Assembly (NCBI GenBank): GCA_046735395.1
Contig: JBJKQR010000052.1
Location: 1-24,412, forward strand
DNA length: 24,412 nt
Direction: 5' to 3'
From: Fidelibacterota bacterium
GTDB taxonomy: Bacteria; Fidelibacterota; Fidelibacteria; Fidelibacterales; DSDE01
The stretch's first letter is position 1. The number at the start of each line of letters is the position of its first letter. Shown piece after piece: positions 1 to 8,516 of the stretch. The notes beneath the pieces are model-generated. The model ran no database searches. It was not told where the DNA came from and worked only from the letters and a program-made list of their open reading frames with translations. A program made the position numbers and the translations under genes.

Positions 1-15
1 AAAGAGATCCTTGGT

Positions 16-1885
16 GTTGTGACTTGATGCCATTTTTAGATTTTTAACAACGAGGACTGGCATTAGCCATACCTGGATCCGGTTGTGACTTGATGCCATT
101 TTTAGATTTTTAACAACCAATCTGTTCATGTGCCTGTTCCTCTGCTGGTTGTGACTTGATGCCATTTTTAGATTTTTAACAACAGGAACACATGCTGGAT
201 TTTTCCAGATCCGTTGTGACTTGATGCCATTTTTAGATTTTTAACAACCGGGGACAAAGATCCTGAGACACCTGGTGGTTGTGACTTGATGCCATTTTTA
301 GATTTTTAACAACAAAACTTCGGGGAGGGCATTGTCCTGGGAGTTGTGACTTGATGCCATTTTTAGATTTTTAACAACGGCGTCGGCGTATCACAGACCA
401 CCATCAGCGTTGTGACTTGATGCCATTTTTAGATTTTTAACAACTCTGTCCAGAACAGAATTCCGCGCGGCTGGTTGTGACTTGATGCCATTTTTAGATT
501 TTTAACAACCTCTCGCTGCAAACAAAACAATATCCGGATGTTGTGACTTGATGCCATTTTTAGATTTTTAACAACGTCACTGCAGAGACTTCTTCATTGT
601 CCACGTTGTGACTTGATGCCATTTTTAGATTTTTAACAACTGAAACAAAAAAGCTGAAATACCCCGCTTGTTGTGACTTGATGCCATTTTTAGATTTTTA
701 ACAACATCATTCAATTCATCACGGCCAACCACCTGTTGTGACTTGATGCCATTTTTAGATTTTTAACAACAAGTACCGCCTCACCCGGGATCCGCGTGGT
801 TGTGACTTGATGCCATTTTTAGATTTTTAACAACGCGGAAATAATAGACGCTTTGGTGTTCGCTGTTGTGACTTGATGCCATTTTTAGATTTTTAACAAC
901 GCTGCTGGCGTGGAATTATGAATTGACTCAGTTGTGACTTGATGCCATTTTTAGATTTTTAACAACGTGATGATGCATTTATACTGGGCGGCTGCGTTGT
1001 GACTTGATGCCATTTTTAGATTTTTAACAACCAGTGACTCCCATATATTCCAGCTCCCTGGGTTGTGACTTGATGCCATTTTTAGATTTTTAACAACTTA
1101 TGATGCCATGGAAAACGGAATCGCTGGTTGTGACTTGATGCCATTTTTAGATTTTTAACAACTATCATCTACTTTAACATATTGCTCTAAGTGTTGTGAC
1201 TTGATGCCATTTTTAGATTTTTAACAACACATTGAGTTCTACCAAGACAGCTTGCGGGTTGTGACTTGATGCCATTTTTAGATTTTTAACAACCAAGGAG
1301 TTCAAGGGCATTGACGATCTCACGTTGTGACTTGATGCCATTTTTAGATTTTTAACAACTTGAAGCCATGCTCACGACTGGTCGCGAGGTTGTGACTTGA
1401 TGCCATTTTTAGATTTTTAACAACTTGAAGCCATGCTCACGACTGGTCGCGAGGTTGTGACTTGATGCCATTTTTAGATTTTTAACAACGCAACCTCTGA
1501 CATCTTCGCGCAGGACATCGTTGTGACTTGATGCCATTTTTAGATTTTTAACAACGTGATGCCCGGGACGTGCTTCAGGGCGCTGGTTGTGACTTGATGC
1601 CATTTTTAGATTTTTAACAACAGGGATAAACTCCTTTCCGCTAATAGATCTGTTGTGACTTGATGCCATTTTTAGATTTTTAACAACTTCCGTACTTCCG
1701 CTTTCGTCTGTGAAGCGGTTGTGACTTGATGCCATTTTTAGATTTTTAACAACAGTGACGGCATCGACCCCAAGGACGTGGCGGTTGTGACTTGATGCCA
1801 TTTTTAGATTTTTAACAACCGCAGCCACGGAAAACATCATGCGCCTTGAGTTGTGACTTGATGCCATTTTTAGATTAATAACAGC
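16..1885. CRISPR. CRISPR array, 29 repeats (GTTGTGACTTGATGCCATTTTTAGATTTTTAACAAC, 36 bp) and 28 complete spacers; truncated by the left window edge
   Basis: Repeats start at 16, 82, 148, 213 ... 1784, 1850. Spacers are 30 nt (15), 29 nt (12) or 28 nt (1). Bases 1-15 are probably a partial spacer. The last repeat (1850-1885, ...TAGATTAATAACAGC) has 3 mismatches, marking the trailer end. A 36-nt repeat with GTTGT/ACAAC termini and ~30-nt spacers fits class 2 (II-C or VI-B). Confidence 0.99.
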
Positions 1886-1916
1886 AGACCCTGTCATCAA
1901 TGATTCAAAAAATATA

Positions 1917-2303
1917 TTAATCGGAAGGATTGCTCTTTTTCGGGATATTCCGGACTTTCCCCGGGCAGTGGCGGGTTCCGTACCAGCACATGGGCACGAC
2001 GATGATATCGATGAGCACATGAAAGACGCTGAAGGGATTTGCCTGGAGGTAAAGAAAGCGGTAGATCCCGAGAATTCCGCCGATGGAGGGCAAAACGGTC
2101 CCAAACCAGGCCATGCGTTTATCCCGGCGGAGCAGAATACCCAGCCCGATCAGAAAATAGGCCAGGCCGAAGGCGGCCGCGGCCAGTACATGCCCTTCGT
2201 GCGGGTAGACGAAAAGCTGTGAAACATGGGTAATCCCCGAAATAAGCAGAAGCGTGCCCGCGATCAGCCCCAGACGCCCCTTTTTTGTTTCCTGTGTCAT
2301 CAT
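1917..2303 (-). CDS. small hypothetical integral membrane protein (128 aa, about 4 TM segments)
   Basis: AGGAGA RBS directly upstream of the ATG on the minus strand. Four hydrophobic stretches (LGLIAGTLLLISGI, VLAAAAFGLAYFLIGLGILL, WFGTVLPSIGGILGIY, FSVFHVLIDIIVVPMCW). No family recognised. Confidence 0.8.
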   Translation of the reverse strand: MMTQETKKGRLGLIAGTLLLISGITHVSQLFVYPHEGHVLAAAAFGLAYFLIGLGILLRRDKRMAWFGTVLPSIGGILGIYRFLYLQANPFSVFHVLIDIIVVPMCWYGTRHCPGKVRNIPKKSNPSD

Positions 2304-2435
2304 TCTCTCCTGATTTCGTTAATCTTCGCTCAGTATGCTGTCCTGAAATTTACACTCCCTATCCTGAAACCGCACACCCATAATTGACGATTTTCCGGAA
2401 TCTTTTTCTGATTCCCGTTTTTTCGGGAAAATCTC

Positions 2436-2465
2436 TTGCATCGAATCGCTCTAAACGCATATTTT
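2436..2465 (+). promoter_or_regulatory. possible sigma70-type promoter for the 715-aa gene
   Basis: TTGCAT (2436-2441) followed 16-18 nt later by CATATT/TATTTT in the AT-rich divergent intergenic region; motif resemblance only. Confidence 0.3.
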
Positions 2466-2631
2466 GAGTTAGCGAAAACTGCATTATTAATTATCAACGA
2501 ATCAGGCACACCCGCTTCCTCGCAAGTTCATTGAAAGGGTTCACCCGGGCAAAACGGATGAATCAGTCGATCAGAGCAGTCTATGAATCAATAATGGATG
2601 TTTAATTATTTAAAATGTACGAGGTAATGCG

Positions 2632-4779
2632 ATGAAGACAAAACGTGTATTGGGACTGATATTGCTGATCAGTTCCGTTCTAATTTCGGCAACGCTGACC
2701 GTGCCGGGAGATTATGCGACCATTCAGGCGGGAATTGACGCAGGGGCTTCCGGGGACACCATTCTGGTCGCGGCAGGTACCTATAATGAAGCTCTGAATT
2801 TTCAGAATAAACCGCTGATACTGCTCAGCAAGGCCGGGCCGGATTCGACCTTTATCACCGGGACCCGAAGTGATACCTGTATAGTACTGGGAAGCGACGG
2901 CATGGCCCCCGGCAGTGATGAAGAAATTAACGGTTTTACAATTAATTCAGTCATGATGGGAATCTTTTTCGTTGGAAGCCCGGATGAAGCATTTTCAAAT
3001 TTATTTATCAGAAACTGTATTCTGAAAGAGAATTTCTGCGGCCTGTTTATGATCGGCAATATCCATTTCCTCATGGAAAATACCATCCTGTCCGGCAACG
3101 AGACCGGCAGTATGATGTTCGGTTCGGAAGGCAGCATCCGGAACTGTGTTTTTACTGATAATTTCTCTCTGGATTTTGATTATGAACAGGCTGACACGGG
3201 GCGTGTTCTCCAGGTCAGCAATTCGTATATAGGCGGAATGATCATGGGAAGCGGAATTTATTTCAGCTATTCAGACATTCAGCACTATCCGGTAAATGGC
3301 TACAACATCGTCATGGGGCCCGGCATCATACAGGTTCCGCCCATGTTCACAACTATCGGAAACAATCCTTATCATCTCTCCACCTGGTCGCCCCTGATCA
3401 ACGCAGGAGATCCGATGATCCTGGATCCGGACGGGACATTCTCGGATATCGGGGCCTATTATCTGCATAATACGGTGGTGACGGTGCCCGAAACGGAACT
3501 TTTTGTGGGAGACACCTGCATGGTCCCCATCTACGTGGATTTTCATCCCGATTCATCCTACAGTTCCGCATCCATAAAAGTATCCGGGATTCAGGGACAG
3601 GTGGAATTCGTCGGTGTCTCCACTGAAAACACGCTGATCGGCGAAGCGAACTGGATGGTTGATTATAATTATCAGGATACGCTGATTCTCATCTGGACAG
3701 CCGGCGCGGCAGAGATCTGCGGAGAAGGCAGCCTGATCAACCTTGTTTTTTATACTCCGGACTATGCGGAAAGCGGGCCGGTGCCCCTGAATGTCATTTC
3801 CTGTGAGTTTGATGAGAGCTTTCACCCCACCATCATTAATATGAATCCGGTTTCGATTTACAGGCCGACCTACGGCGATGTGAGCCGGAATGGCGACATC
3901 ACACCCTATGACGCCTCTCTGATCCTGAAACACTTAGTTCAGAGCATTACGCTCACGCACCATCAGTGGCTGAATGCGGACGTGACGCTGGATAATTCCG
4001 TTTCGGCTCTGGACGCGTCCCTGATCCTGAAATACGGTGTGGGGCTGATCGGCTGGCTTCCCTGGGATACCACAAGCTACGAACTGATCGGAGAAGCACG
4101 GCTGAACGTGACGGACGGAGAATTCACACCCGGTGAGATTGTCTCTGTCCCCGTTTATCTGAGTGAAGGCTCGAATGTGCTGTCCTTTGAAACCCGGATA
4201 CATTTCGACAGTGATGTACTGAAATTCAGGGAAATCGAATATCCCGACAATTTTTCGTCCTTCACCACGGAGATCCGGGCCATCGATGGCGCGCTGAATA
4301 TCGCCGGCGCCGGAACGGCAGAGGCCGGGGAATCGGGAATTTTTGCGGTTCTGAAATTTGAAACGGATTCAGCTCTGACATCCGCTGCACAGATATCCAT
4401 TGACAGGCTCCGCATCAATGAAGGAGAAATTAAGACGAATCTTTCGGAAGCCAGGCTGCTGGCAAAGGTTGTGGCACTGGACACACGGAATTCCGTACCG
4501 GCCACCTACAGGCTGAAGCAGAATTTTCCCAATCCCTTCAACCCCGTCACCCACATTCAGTATGGCCTTCCTGAAGCCTCGGACGTAAAAATCATTATTT
4601 ATGACATCCGGGGACGTGAAATCATGACCTGGACGGAGTCCGGACAGAAAGCGGGATGGCATGAACTGATCTGGAACGGACACAATAAGCTCCGGGAACA
4701 GGTCTCAAGCGGGCTCTTCATCTGCCGCATGGAAGCCGGAAATTTCGTTCAGACCCGGAAGATGATTTTCATGAAATAA
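2632..4779 (+). CDS. secreted multidomain protein: right-handed beta-helix (pectin lyase-like) + cohesin + dockerin + cohesin + FlgD-Ig/T9SS-type C-terminal sorting domain (715 aa)
   Basis: GAGG RBS and signal peptide. 'VPGDYATIQAGID..GDTILVAAGTYNE' is a typical beta-helix start and 'SPLINAGDP...DIGAY' its end. Dockerin duplicated motif 'GDVSRNGDITPYDASLIL...ADVTLDNSVSALDASLIL'. Cohesin-like 'GEIVSVPVYL...FETRIHFDSDVLKF...SGIFAVLKF'. Tail 'QNFPNPFNP...SGLFICRM...TRKMIFMK'. Confidence 0.9.
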   Translation: MKTKRVLGLILLISSVLISATLTVPGDYATIQAGIDAGASGDTILVAAGTYNEALNFQNKPLILLSKAGPDSTFITGTRSDTCIVLGSDGMAPGSDEEINGFTINSVMMGIFFVGSPDEAFSNLFIRNCILKENFCGLFMIGNIHFLMENTILSGNETGSMMFGSEGSIRNCVFTDNFSLDFDYEQADTGRVLQVSNSYIGGMIMGSGIYFSYSDIQHYPVNGYNIVMGPGIIQVPPMFTTIGNNPYHLSTWSPLINAGDPMILDPDGTFSDIGAYYLHNTVVTVPETELFVGDTCMVPIYVDFHPDSSYSSASIKVSGIQGQVEFVGVSTENTLIGEANWMVDYNYQDTLILIWTAGAAEICGEGSLINLVFYTPDYAESGPVPLNVISCEFDESFHPTIINMNPVSIYRPTYGDVSRNGDITPYDASLILKHLVQSITLTHHQWLNADVTLDNSVSALDASLILKYGVGLIGWLPWDTTSYELIGEARLNVTDGEFTPGEIVSVPVYLSEGSNVLSFETRIHFDSDVLKFREIEYPDNFSSFTTEIRAIDGALNIAGAGTAEAGESGIFAVLKFETDSALTSAAQISIDRLRINEGEIKTNLSEARLLAKVVALDTRNSVPATYRLKQNFPNPFNPVTHIQYGLPEASDVKIIIYDIRGREIMTWTESGQKAGWHELIWNGHNKLREQVSSGLFICRMEAGNFVQTRKMIFMK

Positions 4780-4992
4780 TATTTTCACTGCCGGGCTTAT
4801 CCGTCCCCAAAAAAAATCATTCAGCGGATCAATATGACTCAAGATATTTCACTGTAAGCGTCTGTATCTGAACAGTTTATTGATATACGAACCCACACTC
4901 CATCCGTGTCCGATATCACAATGACAGTGTTTTTTCCAGTGCTGAAATATTTCCTGTTTATTTTCCCTGTGCTATTAAGTATCTTTGTTTTG

Positions 4993-5955
4993 ATGCTTAT
5001 ATACAGACAATTTTTTTTTCGGGTTATGGTACCGGCGTTTGCCCTGCTTATTTTCGGCTGTTTTCACAGCCGGGCTCCGCTGCGCATTGCCGTGCATCCC
5101 TGGATCGGGTATCAGACTCTGATTCTGGCTCAGGATGAATCCCTGATCGACAGCAGCGACATTCACCTTATCCGCAGTTCCTCTCTCAGTGAATCCTCCG
5201 AACTCCTGCGGGCCGGAAAGGTGGATGGCGCGGCGCTGACACTGGATGAGGTCCTGGCATTGGCCAGTCAGGGTGTGGATCTGTCCGTTGTCCTTATTTT
5301 CGACGCGTCCGCCGGCGCGGACCTGGTTGTTGCGAAACCGGAAATCAGCAGCTGTGCGGATCTTCGCGGCCGGACCATCGGCATGGAAGATAATATATTA
5401 AGCCGCCTCCTGCTGGATCAGGTTCTGAAAAAGGGAAATCTGACGCGCAGGGATGTTAATCTTAAATATGACATCGTTCAGAATCACCCGGCCTTTTTCC
5501 GGCGGGATCGGCTCGATGCCCTGATCACCTATGTTCCGCAGCCAAAAGCATTCATGGACAGCCTGAATATTCTGTTCAGCAGTGAGGAAATTCCCTGGAC
5601 GATCATTGATGTTCTGGCAATCCGCAGTGACAGGCTGTCAAAATACAGATCTCAGATACGGACTATAGTCCGGGCCCATTTCCGGATGGTCTATAATCTG
5701 CGGACCGGAAATCCGGATACCATTTACCGCCTCGCTCCCCTGATCGGGCTGGAACCTGCCGATACACGCCTCATTCTCAGCAAACTGGTTTTTCCGGATG
5801 AGTCGCAGAGCAATTATCTTTTCGGCCCGGGCAGCAGCACGCTTCGCCAGAGCACCCTCACCATTGCGGATTTATTACGTAAAGATGATATACAAATTGA
5901 TACGGGAACGACAGCTAACCTCTTTGTAAAGGACTTCATTCCCAATAATAAATAG
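4993..5955 (+). CDS. ABC-type substrate-binding lipoprotein, SsuA/NMT1(THI5)-like
   Basis: 'LRIAVHPWIGYQTLILA', 'GKVDGAALTLDEVL', 'VVLIFDASAGADLVVA', 'DLRGRTIG' are typical of this family. Lipobox-like LIFGC suggests a start at ATG 4993; the ORF is open from GTG 4906, so the start is uncertain. Confidence 0.82.
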   Translation: MLIYRQFFFRVMVPAFALLIFGCFHSRAPLRIAVHPWIGYQTLILAQDESLIDSSDIHLIRSSSLSESSELLRAGKVDGAALTLDEVLALASQGVDLSVVLIFDASAGADLVVAKPEISSCADLRGRTIGMEDNILSRLLLDQVLKKGNLTRRDVNLKYDIVQNHPAFFRRDRLDALITYVPQPKAFMDSLNILFSSEEIPWTIIDVLAIRSDRLSKYRSQIRTIVRAHFRMVYNLRTGNPDTIYRLAPLIGLEPADTRLILSKLVFPDESQSNYLFGPGSSTLRQSTLTIADLLRKDDIQIDTGTTANLFVKDFIPNNK

Positions 5956-5963
5956 CCGGGACT

Positions 5964-8516
5964 ATGTCAGCACAGCACATCAGACATCGGTTCATATTCA
6001 TTCTGCTCCTGTTGAGGGCAAGCCTGTTTGCAGACCATTATACCATCGGCGTGACAAATTTCGGAAGCGTTCATTCTACGCTTGAGGAATGGGCGCCCGT
6101 TGTCGCACTGCTGAATTCGGCCAGCGCCACGACGCAATTCTCGCTGAAACTGGTATCTTTTGCCGATATTATCGACAGCGTCAAATCGCATAAGATAGAT
6201 TTCGTCTGCACCAGTTCCCAGGAAACCATTTTTCTGAACCGGACCTATGGCCTGTCCAAACCCCTGCTCAGCCTTCAGAGAGGAAATGACAGCCTGAGCA
6301 TTGATGCCATCGGCGGAACCATTTTCACCCTGGCATCCAATTCCGGAATCAATAAAATTGAAGATCTCCGGAACGTCAAAATCGCAACACCCAGGTTCGG
6401 CTCCTTCATTCCCTTTTAACTCCCGCTATATGAAATGAAAACTTCCGTCGGAGGATCCGCGAATGATTTGGATTTTCTGGATACCGGAACACCCGATGAC
6501 AAGGTCATAATGGCAGTACAGAACGGACAGGCGGATGCAGGTTTTATCCGTTCAGGCTATCTGGAAACGCTGAGCAGAAATAAAAAACTCAATATTGAGG
6601 ATTTTAAAATCATCAACAGACAACGGCTGCCATCCTACCCGTTTGCAGTCAGCACTCACCTGATTCCCGAATGGCCGGTCTGTGCCATGCCCTCGGTCAG
6701 TCAGGAGGTCACAAAACTCTTTGTTCTGACCCTGCTGGAATATCATCGCTATAATCCGGGCAGGGACCTGAGTATCCTCACCGGTTTTTCGCTTGCCCAG
6801 GATTATCAGTCCGTTGAAGAAATCATGATGGAGATGAAGATCCCGCCTTTCGATCATGTCCCCCGCCTCTCCTTGGGTGAAATATGGACATTGTACAAGC
6901 AATGGATAAGCCTCTTCCTCATTCTCTTTGTCTGGCTGCTCATTGTGTCATTGGCGCTGTTCATGAGCAGAAAAGCCCTGGCCAACGCCACGGACCAGTT
7001 CATCAAGGCCATGGACTCCAGCGAGGACGGCCTCTTTGACTGGAATCTGATCACCAATGAGATGTACCGGTCTCCGGGTTGGAAAAAAATGCTGGGCTAC
7101 CGGCCGGATGAAGTGATGGAAAGGCAGATCAGCCCCTGGGAGGATCTGATCCATGAAGAAGACCGTCAGGTGTTCATGGATGAACTTACCCAAATTCTCC
7201 GCAGGGAAAAGGATGTTTTTCAGGTGAATATCCGCCTGCAGCATCGGGACGGACACTGGATCGAGGTCCTGTCCCGGGCCTCTGCCTATTTTGATAAAAA
7301 AGGGAAAGCCATCCGAATCGTGGGTACGAACGTGGATGTCACGAAAATAAAAAAAGCCGAACAGGAAATCGCCCGGATGCAGAAACTGGAAGGCTTGGGC
7401 AGCATTGCCGGCGGCATAGCCCATGATTTCAATAATCTCTTCTCAGGAATTTACGGTAATATTGAGCTGATTCGGGCAAACATACACAATCCGGAAAAGG
7501 CCGGAAAATTTCTGCAGATTCTGCTGAATTCCATGTCTACGGCCAAACGGCTGACAGGCCGCCTGCTTACCTTCAGCAAAGGGGGGCAGATGCAGATCGA
7601 AACGGTGGACCTCACTGCCCTCATACAGGAAACCGTCCGGTTAAATCTGACAGGAAGCAATGTCCGTGTCACTATGGATTTTGATGAACAGCTCCATTCC
7701 ATCAGCGCAGATACATCCCAGATCGAGCAGGTTATGTCCAATCTGATTCTCAATGCTTCACAGGCCATGCCGAACGGAGGCGAGCTCTTTATCAGCGGAA
7801 GCAATGAAGAGGATATCAGCAGCTATCTTCCGGGCCAGTCCGGCCCCTGTGTCCGAATCAACATCAGAGATAATGGTCCCGGGATTGATGAGGATGTCAT
7901 GCCCTACATCTTTGATCCCTACTTTACGACGAAACAATTTGGCCACGGCCTGGGACTGGCCATTTGTCAGAGCATCATTCATAAGCATCACGGACAGATT
8001 TTTGCTGCATCGGAAGAGGATGGCGCTGTATTTACCGTGATTTTACCGGCCCGGACCGATACCGCACGAAATACTGCCATCGCGGAAGAGGAGGCAGCGG
8101 AGCTGCTGCCGGACACGATGCAGGAAGATAAAACACGAATTCTGTTCCTCGATGACGATCCGGCCATTCGCACGATCAATTCACTGTTTCTGGAAGATCT
8201 GGGATTCAGCGTCGATGCTGTGGCAGACGGGTCAGAAGCCGTCCGCTACTTCGAGGCGAATCTTCGCACCGGAAACCGCTACGGCCTGCTGATCTTTGAT
8301 CTGACGATTCCGGGAGGGATGGGAGGCCTGGAAGCCCTGAACCAGATTCGAAAAATTTACCAGAGCGATGCGCCGCTGAAAGCGATCATCAGCAGCGGCT
8401 ATTCCAATAATCAAGTCATAACAGAATATCATAAATTCGGATTTACGGATGTCCTGAAAAAACCCTTCACCATGGATGAAATGAAGGAAAAGATTTTCCG
8501 GGCGCTGGCACTGTAG
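5964..8516 (+). pseudogene. hybrid sensor histidine kinase (PhnD/phosphonate-binding-like periplasmic domain, TM, PAS, HisKA, HATPase_c, REC) interrupted by an in-frame TAA at 6417-6419
   Basis: ORFs 5964-6419 and 6435-8516 share a frame and read continuously as ...FGSFIPF*LPLYEMKT..., with the binding domain spanning the stop. H-box 'AGGIAHDFNN', 'FDPYFTTK..GHGLGL', REC 'ILFLDDD...IFDLTIPGG'. Confidence 0.8.

Noticed and set aside
118..212. Partial complementarity between spacers 2 and 3 (AGGAACA..CATG)
   Set aside because: Only short gapped identity, compatible with chance.
1409..2104. 231-aa minus-strand ORF with repeated VVKNLKMASSHN
   Set aside because: Translation of CRISPR repeats; it stays open only because the last six units are exactly 66 bp. 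It also overlaps the 128-aa gene.
1886..2631. Possible tracrRNA/anti-repeat or leader next to the array
   Set aside because: No convincing complement to the repeat found by eye, and this end carries the degenerate repeat, so it is the trailer.
4906..4992. N-terminal extension of the binding protein from GTG 4906
   Set aside because: T-rich low-complexity sequence; the lipoprotein signal fits a later start.
6417..6419. Alternative genetic code or programmed stop read-through
   Set aside because: TAA, TAG and TGA all act as normal stops in neighbouring genes, and this is the only interruption seen.
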